Of a DNA stretch of 63,820 bases, positions 49,521 through 60,760 are shown one piece after another. Made by a program: the position numbers and the translations under genes. Under the pieces are notes generated by a model. The model was not told the origin of the DNA. It saw nothing but the letters and a program-made list of their open reading frames with translations, and did no database searches. The number at the start of each line of letters is the position of its first letter. Within the stretch, counting starts at the first letter, position 1. The DNA is from Gracilinanus agilis (lineage: Eukaryota), in assembly GCF_016433145.1 (NCBI RefSeq), contig NC_058131.1, positions 634,523,308 through 634,587,127 on the forward strand. The letters run 5' to 3'.

Positions 49521-50724
49521 GACTTTGCAGGGTAAGATTTGAATCTTTCTCTATGCACGAGAATGTCACAGAGCTGGAGCAAAAACATTACTTAGGGTGA
49601 GTCATAGACCAGCATTAGGTTTTAAAGACTAATGCAGATCCAATAAATCTAACCCACATTCTTTCTCTGGGAATGACTGACTTTTATGAAAAAACCAAGG
49701 GTTGTAAATCAGAAACCTAAATAAGATACTTTTCAACAGATAAACATCAATTTATTCGTTGCCTGAGCCCAAGGTTAACCATTTCGTGGTGCCATAGACA
49801 CCAGGGGGAAGGGTTATTCAGATGAACTACTACAATTTTCCCAGAAGGGCATCAGGAGAGAGAAAGGAGCCAGAAAGACAGTGACATGCAAGGATGATTC
49901 TTAGGGATTATTTTTCTCCCCTTGAATTTTTGGGCTTAATTTTCTAACATGGCCCCATGGACTCAATTGCAATTTAGCCCTTGAATGTGCATTCTCTTAA
50001 GATGCAGGGAGGAATAGAGGAGAGAGTCCTGCACACAGATATGTAGGCAAGTCATGAGAACTTGGGTTCCATTCGTTCCAGGTTAACCCTCCTGGAGCCT
50101 CAGCATCCTCATCTGTGAGATGGGGATCTCTTCGTATTGTTGCAAGCCTCAAATGAGATAACGTCCACAAAGTGCTCTATCAGTGTCATTTATTATTATT
50201 ATAACCTTAAAATCTTTCCAGAGAATGTGAATGTATCCATGCCTGGAATGTTTTCCCTCTTGCCCTCCTCCTGTCTCTTAACTCCTTTCAAGGCTCTGCT
50301 TAAGTGCCTTTTCTAATCCCCTGCTCTTCTGTCTGTTAGCCTCCCCCTTCCCCATCACTTTGTATTTATTGTGTATTTTACTCTGTAATGACTTAAACTC
50401 TGTACATGTTGCTCCCCACCAGTATTGTGTCAGTTCCCTGAAGACAGGGATTATTTTCACTTTTGTTTTTGCATTCCTAAACTTAGAAACACCTAGGAGA
50501 CACCTTCCAGTGCTTATTGAATTGAGTCAAATTCATTCCCATCACCCAAACTCTTTATTCCTGGGACTCTTTTTTTTTTTTTAATTCAAATATAGACATG
50601 CTGAACTATATTCCCAAACCCTAGCAGAGTGACTTCAGGCAAATGATTCCCTCTAGGCGAGCCTCAGTTTCCCTTTGTGTAAAGTGGGAATAATAACAAT
50701 AGCTTCCTTGCCTACTTCTCAGGA

Positions 50725-50920
50725 CAGTTAATTCCCAAAGTGGGTACCACCACCCCCTGGTGGGTGCTGCAGCGATCCAGGGAGGTGGTGATGGCCACAG
50801 GTGCATTTATCTTTCCTATTAATTGCTATTAAAATTAAAAAAAATAATAATTTCCAGGGGGCTAAGTAATATTTTTTTCTGGAAAGGGGGCGGTAGGCCA
50901 AAAAAGTTTGGGAACCACTG
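50725..50920 (+). mobile_element. hAT-superfamily MITE, copy 1 (inserted in a MIR)
   Basis: Ends cagttaattcccaaag...gtttgggaaccactg; near-identical to copies 2 and 3; TSD degenerate. Confidence 0.9.
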
Positions 50921-51299
50921 CTTAAGATGAAATGGAATCCAGCAATTTGCTTTTATAAATTTAGAAGCCGGTTCAAGCTGTGGGGATGGGGATGCATGTG
51001 AGTGAAATAAGGACTCGATAATCCTCATAAGGCCACTTCCAAAGCTAACATTTGAGGGGATAGTCATTCTTTGCATCCTTAACAAAACGCAAGCTTTCCC
51101 ATGTGAGCAGGAGTCCGTTTGATCAATTCAATCTTTGGCCCCAGTTCCATTTGCCTCTTCTTTTCATGGCATCCTCCGCCTCTGTATTGTAACTCACACC
51201 ACTATCTTGTACAATGCACACTCCCTGAAACCCTCCAGCCTCCTTATCTTAACAGAGTCCAGGCTCAGCTTCTCCCAGCAGCCAGATTACTTAACCTTA

Positions 51300-51950
51300 T
51301 CTGCCTTACACTTCTATATTTAAACAAGGGGAGCTCTTTGTTGAGACTTCATATAAAAAAAAATGACTGCAGCAGATTTCGGACTTTTAGAGAAAGGGTA
51401 TCTATCACTTTTATGTGGCATTTCAAAGGGGGAGGCATTTACTCAGCCAAGAGACAAAGGCGGGCATCCGTGTTAATGAAGGACTGCTGATTTAATAATT
51501 AACTTTTAATACTAAACCAGCTCCAAGGGTAAGAAGCAATTAGATCGAGCCACTGTTAAGTGACTCACTCTGGATTTGGCAAGAGGTGAAAAAGGGAAAG
51601 AGACTGATTTTGAATGTGGACTATTGTTGGGAACCCACCAGGGCTTCCCGGGGCTTTTCTAGAGTGCCAAAGTCCTGGCAGGCAAGAGTTAACACCACGT
51701 GCAAGGAGAATGGAAGGGTCTCCAGTGGAATCCTTTGTGGGGAGAGAAAGTAGGACACGGAGCAGTTATCCCTTGCAAAATCTTGGATGGGGAAGGCTGC
51801 TTGGCAAGCACAATGATTCACACCGGCTGTTTTCCTCCTGCAGATAGCACACCTGTCTTTCTATGCCTGTCTTCGAGGCTTCCTCCCCTACGCAGCCGGT
51901 CCCCATTACCCTCAGCCGGGCATCCTCTGACCTCTCAGCAGAGCTTTGTA
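51300..51950. promoter_or_regulatory. Candidate enhancer (HNF1, TCF/LEF, SOX-like and E-box motifs)
   Basis: TTTAATAATTAAC 51491-51503 (12/13 to HNF1 GTTAATNATTAAC), TTCAAAG 51422-51428, CTTTGTT 51336-51342, CACGTG near 51696, 8 CpGs in 51640-51920. Confidence 0.45.
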
Positions 51951-52014
51951 ATTCCTCTCTTAAACATTTGCCCTCACTAGATCTCGAGCTGGAAGGGACC
52001 TCCCACAATATATG

Positions 52015-52220
52015 TTGCTCTTGTTGTTCAGTTTATCTGACTCTTTGGGGTTTTCTTGGCAAAGCTAACCAAGGTGGTTTGCTGTTTCCTTCTCTAGCTC
52101 ATTTGGCAGTTGAGGAAACAAAGGCAAATAGAGTTAAGTGACTTGTCCAGTAAGCACTGGAAGCTGAATTTGATTTCAGATCTTTCTGACTCCAGGTCCA
52201 CTGAGCCAACTAGCTGCCAC
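52015..52220 (-). mobile_element. Mar1-like CORE-SINE nested in a MIR
   Basis: ttgttgttcag...ttggggttttcttggcaaag...ccactgagccaactagctgcc. Confidence 0.8.
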
Positions 52221-52944
52221 ATTTTGTAGTTAAGTAAAATGAGGCTCAGATAGATTAAGCCCAATGTTCACACAGCCTGCAAATGGGAATTCTGCTCCAA
52301 CGTGGGGGTATGATGGTAAATGTCTACAACTGACTCTCTGGGAGGAGGAGGGGGAAATGTATTCAGGACACACTTTAAAATTTAATCTGCATTATTAACT
52401 TGTTCTCCATCACTTTCTTATGACTAGACAGCCAACAAAACAATAAGTTAAGCTCTAATTTGTAGCCTTTGCTAATTTCTGAGGCATAAGTGCTCACACT
52501 GAAAATTTAACAATTGGCTCTCTCTGCTTTTAATAATAGAATCTATCTAGTTCTTTAAGGCATGTTGTCTCATTTGATCCTTATAACAACTCTAAGCTGT
52601 AGGTAATATTATTATCCTCACTTTACAGATGGGGAAACTGAGTCTGAAAAAGTAAAATGACTTACTCAGGGACACAGAGCTAGTAAGCATCTTAAGCAGG
52701 AAATTTAGGTATTCTTGACTATATTGCATAATACTTCTGCCAGAGGATTTAATAAATTCACACTAAGATTATAAGTAAGTTTTAAAATATTGCTCCTCTA
52801 AAAGATATTTACAGGGTTTTTGTGGTGTGAGGGGGTGAAAGAAGGTAGGTAGGAAGATTGGATGGAATGGGAGAAAGGAGAGAGGAAGGTAGAGGAAGGG
52901 AAAGGAAGGTATTGGGCTCCCAGCCTGGACAGAATAGTCAACAG

Positions 52945-53137
52945 CAGTTGTTGCCAAACATTTTTGGCCTACCTCCCCCTTTCCAGAAAAAATATTACTT
53001 ACCCCCCCCTGGAAATTATTCTTTTAAATTTTAATAGCAATTAATAGGAAAGATAAATGCACCTGTGGCCATCACCACTTCCCTAGATCACTGCAGCACC
53101 CACCAGGGGGCGGTAGCGCCCACTTTGGGAATCACTA
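52945..53137 (-). mobile_element. hAT-superfamily MITE, copy 2, with perfect 8-bp TSD
   Basis: TSD GTCAACAG at 52937-52944 and 53138-53145 (8-bp TSD is diagnostic of hAT); imperfect TIRs cagttgttgccaaac / tttgggaatcacta. Confidence 0.95.
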
Positions 53138-53514
53138 GTCAACAGGCACAGGTCTCAAATGACACAGCGGGGTAGTGTATGTTCAATAGTAACGAAGGAA
53201 TGAAAAATCCCAATTGTGGGATTTTAGACAGAAAAACTGGATGGAAAAGGATCTAGAACGTAAGTCTCTGGCTCTCATCATACCGTTTTTTTTAGGGTGA
53301 AGGAGAGGAGATTTTGGACCTCTGTTTTCATCCAGTCATAAAAGATGCCTCAGCAGTAGCTTAGTCTTAGTTGCTAGGATTATTAAGAAGTAAAATGAGT
53401 TGTCCATGAGAAGAGTAACGTGGTACATGAACTTGAACCCAAGCCTTGCTGACTCCTAGGTGAGCTTGCTCATGTACTGTGCCATGCTAATTGGCACCTT
53501 ACTTAATAATGAGA

Positions 53515-53752
53515 GGGGCAGCTGGTGGATAGAATGGATAGTGAATAGAGTGATGGATCTGAAGAGAGGAAGACTTCTCTTCCTGAGTTCAAATCTGGCA
53601 GCAGACATTTATTAGCTGTGTGACCCTAGGCAAGTCACTTAACCCTGTCTGCCTCATTTCCTCATCCGTAAAATAAACTGGAGAAGAAGATATTGAACCA
53701 TTTTAATATCTTTGCCAAGAAAACCCCAAAGAAAACAACTGAACGATAATAA
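53515..53752 (+). mobile_element. Mar1-like CORE-SINE
   Basis: gagttcaaatctggcagcagac...gtgaccctaggcaagtcacttaaccctg...tttgccaagaaaacccc. Confidence 0.85.
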
Positions 53753-55149
53753 TTAGAAATCTTAGATTGGGGTTTGAAAACTGGCTCCCCTAGTTACTTT
53801 TTGTGTGAACTCTGAAGAAGTCACTCTTTACGACTTAGTTTCTTGATCTATAAAAAGAGGAGATTGTCCTTGTTTTGTGACCTGGCAGGTCATGCTCAGA
53901 TCTCAGCCTATGACCTGTGACTAGATGGTACGATCTGTAAGACATCGTCCAGTACTAAATGCTAATGTTGCCTTTTATAATGCTTTCGATTTGAGGATCA
54001 GGAAAAAAAAAAAGAACTTTTGCACAATTCTTAAAAGATCTGGGCTAGTCTACCCAGCTGCCTTTATTGAACCCATTACCACTTTGGCCTCACTTTCGAC
54101 AATGGGAAATAAGCAAAGGGAAAGAATGTTAGATTTGGAGATGAAAGACGGGGTCCATTGCTTCTTTGCTACTTGTTACCTGTATGACCCTGGGCAAGAC
54201 ACTTGGGTCTTTGTTTCCTCATGTGTAAAATGAGGGCATTGGACTAGATGGCCTCAATGGTCCCTTTGAACTCGAAATCTCTCTCCTCCCAAGTGCCTTC
54301 GCTGGCCATTCAGGGAGATTAGGGGTCTGACAAAGATAGGCAGAATGAATTTGCTTTCTTTTGGGTGACTGACTATCCTGGAAGCCTACCTAGCTTTCCC
54401 TTAAGAATGGACCTCCAAGCTTTCATTCTCACCTCTCTGAGGGGAGCGGAACTCAAGGGAACCAAGCTAGAAGTCCCCAATTCTTCAGCCTCAGGTGTAA
54501 TCTGGGCCAGGTGCCCAGGTGGAGGGGGACATTTGATGGAAGGAGAGGAAGCACTGAGCTTTTGTATCCCTGAATAAGTGGCCTTTCTCTTAACACAGTA
54601 GCACATCTCTACAGGGAACGACCCACAGGAGCCAATATTATCGAATATCTTTAAGGCACGCTGGATCAGGGTGCATTCCTAGGTAGCAAGAGGTAGAAAA
54701 ATAGTTAATATTTGACTGAAACCCTGGGCCACTTCAGTGCTCTCAGCAAAGAGCCTTGCCATATTTCTGCTCTCTCCACTCCCCTCTCCCCCTCCCCAAG
54801 TGGAACTAATAACCTCCCTGGGGTTCCCTAGTTAGCTTTCCACACAATAGCAAAGGAAACTTTAAAGAGGACAGTGTAGAGGCAGGGGGCTAGAAGCAGG
54901 AAATCTTTAGGCAAAATGAAAGAGTGGTTAAGATGAAATTGAAAGGAATGAATTCTCCAGGGGTAGATGAAGTGCAGAAAAAAATTCAAGCTTCCCTCCT
55001 TGGGCCTCAGTTTCCTCTTCTCTAAAATCTCAGGGCTGGGTTAAGTGATCTCTAAAGTCCCTTCCAATCCTAACAAACAGCCTGCAATTTAAGTCCTTTG
55101 TAGTTTCTCTCAGGTCCCTCCCAGCTCAGAATCTGATTCACTCTGTCTG

Positions 55150-55950
55150 GCCAGGTTCAGCCACAACCTTATCAGCCTTAAGTGTTGATCTTCCCTCCCT
55201 TCCGAAGGAAAATGATTAACAAATCTTAAAAGACAGTTGCCCGTTACCTTGTTAGTTTTTTAGATAATGCTTTTTTAAAAACATATACCATTTTACAAAA
55301 TCAATTTTTCCTTCAGGATGAGAGAGGCTATTTACTCACTGGGGGGCTTTTCTTGCTCTTGGTCTTTGAAAAAGACTCAGAGAAATCCTCCCCCAGGGAG
55401 GAGAGAAGAAAGAAAAAAAAAATCTGACATTGAAAAAATCAACTCCTGGCTTAGTTTTTGCCACAATTCTGTGACTTTTATTTTTTATGACTGTCGATTA
55501 AAACTCACTTTATTCTTTGGGAAAAAGAAAAGAATCCTATTTGTCAAATTGCATTCCATGTCAGGCATTCTTAAATGAGAACAAACAGAATACCTTTGGT
55601 TTCATCAACTCAAGGGCAATTATGTTTTGGTTTGGGATTTCAGGCATATAATGCATCATAAGCCTCAACTTTATGTTCATTTTCATGTGAAATTAATTAT
55701 AGAAGAAATTGGAAATTGCAAAGTTTTTTTAAAGCAAAAACTCCAAAAGCCTACAACTAGAGAATGCATGAGAAAGCCATTTGAAATTTTAAAGTGCTAA
55801 AAAATGGATAAGGCCATTATTCAATTTGAAATGATTATTAAATGAAAAAGCATGATTCGAGCCCTCCCTCTGCCCCTCGCTGTTCAGCCATACTCTGATG
55901 CTCGGAAAATCTGTATTTCTTTGCCAGTTTTATTGGAAAGACAAATTCAA
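55150..55950. promoter_or_regulatory. Candidate enhancer (TEAD, HNF1-like and CDX/posterior HOX motifs)
   Basis: No recognisable repeat; CATTCC 55552, CATTCT 55566, AGAATG 55761; GAAAATGATTAAC 55208-55220; TTTTATGAC 55483-55491. Confidence 0.4.
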
Positions 55951-56329
55951 GATTAGTAGACAAAGGCAAATGCACTCTCAAGACAACAAGGTCTCAACTT
56001 TTCTTCCTGGGGTCTGAAAGAAGGGAGTTTCTAGCCAACTTTGGGTTCTATTCATGTGGTATGCATAGGCATATCAGACTTAGTTTACTTTACTTGGGTC
56101 TGAAATCTTTGCCAGTGAAAGAACTGGGGTGTTGTTGAAGCAAAATCTGGTACATTGAAACAAATTCTCTTTTGGTTAAGGCATCAGGGCTTAGCTTCTA
56201 CTTAAAGTAGGATAGGGCTAATTATCTAGGTTGACCCCACCTCCCTTACACTCATAAGCTTTCTTTAACATTTATGGCCTTCTTTTTACAACTCATCATT
56301 AAATTTCAAACAAGAACATTAGCATTTTT

Positions 56330-56770
56330 CTCTACTCCAATCCACCCTGCAAGTTGCCAAAAGAAATCTTCCAAAAACCTTTGATCAAGTCTCCTTACTC
56401 AAAAGCCTTCAGTGGCTCACTGCTACCTATGAGCAGCGAATGTCTGACAGTTCAGGGAACAAGTTAATGCCCTCCACATCCTGGTTGACTGCTTATCCTC
56501 TTTATCACCCCAATACTTCCTTTCACTCCCTTCCCAGGTGATCCATTGACTCTTCTCCAAACACACTTTGTTCACTCCTACCTCCCTGTCTTTGTTCATT
56601 AACCTTCTCCTCCCCATCCCTCAGTCTACCACTTATCTCAAACTTACTCATCCTTGAGACCTGCCTCTCTGAACCTGGCCCCTCCAGCCTATTGTTCTTG
56701 GCACTAAGTTTAATGTTCATAGGACTCATTTGACAATTAATCACATCCTGCCTAGAGGCACCTTTTGTGC
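56330..56770 (+). mobile_element. L2 3' fragment
   Basis: ccttactcaaaagccttcagtggctcactgctacc; cttactcatccttgagacctgcc. Confidence 0.7.
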
Positions 56771-57608
56771 TGTGATCTCTATGGTTATTGTCAGGTTTAT
56801 CTAGAGCTGTGTTGAAAACAGTATCATTCTGGCTCTTTAGATTTGGCTAGCATGTAGATGTCCCTTGCTAGTTGCAGATAACCCTTAAGAAGCCTCGACT
56901 TGCTTTTCTCTAATTCTGTGCTCACTGCACAACCTTCTGGCTATAATTTAGTCTCCTGAGCAGACTCATTTACTAAAAGAGTAGGTACCCTGGTTCAATT
57001 CCCACTGCCAATGAGCAAATTGGCATTCATGTTAAGACAGAATCTTACTCTTATGAATTTCATTAGTATGAATAAGTTTCTCCAAACCTGGTTACTACTG
57101 AAGAACTAACAAAATTTGGTTTCTAAACCTACAAAGCTGAGGACCAGATCATGGACTCTATCAAGTTAAGCAGAACTTTGTGGGGTTCATAGACTTAGAA
57201 TGGGAGAGGATTTTATGAGTCTTCTGGTACAACTCTCTCATTTTATAGATGAGAAGACTGAGACCCAAAGAAATTGAGTAACTGGTCCAAAGTCAAACAG
57301 AATTCATAACAAACTAGACCTACTGTAACTTTCCACTGAACCACAATTACTCCCTTAAAATTGCAATCAAACTCTCTTTTGATGTTAACAAATCTTTGAG
57401 ACCACTTGCAATAATCATTCAAAGAACATTCAATCATAATGAGTAGATAATAGTCTTCATGAGAGTGGGAATCTTACCACATCTAAATTTCTTGCCTGGG
57501 AAATAAAAGATACTCTGTACCCCAAAGGTCCTTAATAAATGCTTGTTGAATGTATATATTTTTTTCTTTTTTTAACATAATGTTTATTTTTCCAATTAGG
57601 CCGTAAAC

Positions 57609-57801
57609 CAATGAGTCCCAAAGTGGGCACCACCGCCCCCTGGTGGGTGCTACAGTGATCCAGGGAGGTGGTGATGGCTACAGGTGCATTTATTTTTCCT
57701 ATTAATTGCTATTAAAATGTAAAAAAATTAATTTCCAAGGGACTAAGTAATATTTTTTTCTGGAAAAGGGGTGGTAGGCCAAAAAAGTTTGGGAACCACT
57801 G
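57609..57801 (+). mobile_element. hAT-superfamily MITE, copy 3
   Basis: Ends caatgagtcccaaag...gtttgggaaccactg; 8-bp TSD CCGTAAAC / TCATAAAC (6/8 match, central TA). Confidence 0.93.
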
Positions 57802-58749
57802 TCATAAACTATCTAAGGGAAGGGAAAATGTATTATAAAACTCTGAAGCCCTGCCCCTCACCCCCAAGGCCTTATGCACAGTAGGTGTTTGATTTGCTGT
57901 TAGATAATTAATTTCAGTCATTATGTGTGTGGCCAAACATTTTAAAAACTATTGAGATAGCCTCAAAAATTCTGGTTTTAGTTATTTGCTTTTGCTGTAA
58001 AAAGGAGACATATAAAAATATTTCAACCACATTTAAGTTTTAATGAAACCACATAGAGAGGAGAAGCTCTATTCTGTATCTTAAATATATTTCCAAAACA
58101 TGAGCTGAAATTCAACAAAAGGTAAATGCTCTAATTTCTGTGCATTTACAAGCTCCTTACATAAAATTCATGGAGTCATATTTATCCTTCCAAGCCTCTT
58201 GGATTAGGACTCTGTTTTCTCAATTTTCTGTTGACTCGTTTAATATGCAGTCAGGTTCTTCCCCCTTCCTCACTGCCCCAAGTATATCAAGTCATTCTAA
58301 GGTCATTCTCTCTCTAGGGTAGGAGCATTTAAAAATAAGTGGTAATGGAAAACTCTAGGAAGGTCTGGGGCGTTGGGAGCAGAACAGTGTGCCTAGAGAA
58401 GCCTAGGATAAGACTTGACCCCAGCGTTCTGGGTTAAATCAATATGGGGAGGTTGAAGGTCTTATATAGAGAGTCTATATTCTCTCATCTTCTGTAGGGG
58501 CAGCAGGTGCTGCTATCTATTGTCTACTGTTGCTAGGGCTGAATGTCAGTCCCTGTTGCCTAGAGATGAAGTTTTCCTCTACATCCCGACTGCAAGGCCC
58601 CAAGCAAAAACGAAATCCTCTGTCCAAACCAGCCACACTGTCTCCATTTGCTTTCTTCTAGGCAGGTCCATCTGTTGTTGTAGGTGGCCAGGTGGTATAA
58701 ACTTATTTGAAACACAGTCACTGGTTCCATAAATATACCCACTCATCAA

Positions 58750-59052
58750 GGAATCATTGATCTGGGAGTCAGGAGGCCTGGGTCTAGTAAGGGTTTTGCA
58801 ACCAGCTTGCTGTGTGAGCTTGGGCAGGTTATTTACTCTCTGGACCTCAGTTTGCCCAATCAGAAAATGAGGATCATTCAGACACTAGCTGTGGGGTACT
58901 GGGCAAGATATTTGACCTTGTTTGCCTCAGTTTTCTCATCTGTAAAATGAGCTGGGGAAGGAAATGGCAAACCACTTTAGTAGTTTTGCCAGGAAAATAC
59001 CAAATAAGATCATGAAGAGTTGGATATGACTAAAAATGATCGAACAACAACA
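58750..59052 (+). mobile_element. MIR followed by a Mar1-like SINE
   Basis: tgagctggggaaggaaatggcaaaccac...catgaagagttggatatgactaaaaatgatcgaacaacaac. Confidence 0.8.
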
Positions 59053-59419
59053 CAATGAGAATCAGATGACCTCTAAATTCCTATCCTATGAATTAAAGTC
59101 AGAAAAGCATGCAGTTTGGCATCCATAGACTTAGACTTGAGTCCCAGTCCTTGGACCTAGTAATAGCATGACTTTGGGCAAGTCCCTTTGAATTTCTAAG
59201 TCTTAGTTTTCTTGTCTTAAAAAAGTGCAAATAATAATTCTTGTACTATTACTATTATATGTTAGTATATACTACTATATATAACATATGTTATATTTAT
59301 ATATAATACTATAATTGTACCATAGTACTATGCTATTATATGCAAGATGTTTTATAAAGTTTTATACTATGCTGTACAAATAATAACTAATGTTTTAGAA
59401 TACTTATTTTCATGATTTT

Positions 59420-60760
59420 TTTTATAATACTTAAGATTTGAAAAGCAACTTTACCTTATCTCATTTGATCTCACACCAACCCCAAGAGACAGGTGCTATT
59501 ATCACCCTCCTTTTACAGATGAAGAAATTTAAGGGGCAATAGATGAAGGGGCTTGTTGAGTCACATAATAAGTGTCTGAAGTAGCTTTTGAATTCAGTTT
59601 TATATCAATAGACCTGGATCTATTACTTAATGACTATTTGACCTTGGCCTTTTTTGCTTTTTTAGATCTCAGTTTTCCCATCTAAAAAATAGATATAATT
59701 CAAACCCAAGGTTTCCTGATGCTTAGACCTGTACTCCATCTACTATGCCCCAAATGTAAGTCATTGTTATTATTTCTTGCTTTTCTCTTGAGTACTTATG
59801 TTGGCATGCATTCATTTTCCATTTCCATTCCTGAGTACCCTAATCTGATCTCATTATCTCTGAATTAATTACATTTCAGTGCCATTGGACCTGTTGTTTC
59901 GTATTAAGAATGACATATGTTTTTATAGCTCAAACTATAAAATAGCCTATAACGACAGTGGATTGAAGAGCAAGCTGCCATAAAACCACTAGGCTGTACA
60001 GAGTATATTGGGAAGACTCTTCTACTTATGTGTGGCCCTGGGAAATGCTAGTATCATTCCAAAGCAGAAAACTCCCCAAAGCCATCTTTGCTGCAGGTGT
60101 CGGAGAGGTATGCCCATGTAGGTATCAACCGAAAGAGCCAAACTAGCTGATTTTTTCTATAGTCTTTTTTATTCCCTAAATTGTCTCCTTTTACGAATGA
60201 GGAAACTGAATCCTAGAGAGGTTAATTTACTTTCCTGCGATCACACTGCTAGTAAGGAGCTAGACTTCAAACCTATATTTTCAATGTTTAAACCCAGTGG
60301 TCTTTCCACTATACTATACTCATCCTGCTCTCCAACCAACAGGGAGCAAAATAATTCCTACCCTTTTCCATGAGAGAATAGTAAGGATCAAGGGAGTTAA
60401 GGAAGGTGAGAATCCTTTGAAAACTGTAAAATGTTACATAAACTGACAGAATTTTTATTGTTGGCATTCTCTCCTGGTAGCCTACAAAGATTCTAATAAC
60501 ATACATACATGATAGTCAGCCAAGGGGCACCATAGTACAAGAGAGCTGGACAGGAAGATTTGAGGTCAAATATGATCTCAGACACTTACTAGTTGTATGA
60601 CCTTGATCAAGTCACTTAACTTCTGTCTACTTCAGTTTCCTCAGATATAATACGGGAGTAATAACACTTTCCAGGACTATTGAAAGGATGAAATAAGAGA
60701 GTATTTTAAAAATCCTTAGCACAGTGCCTTAACCCATAATAGGCACTGTGTAAATTCTAA
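59420..60760. mobile_element. Cluster of several MIR fragments (about 59430-59600, 60185-60320, 60530-60760)
   Basis: Recurrent MIR core (ttttacagatgaagaaa; gtcacttaacttctgtctacttcagtttcctc). Confidence 0.65.
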
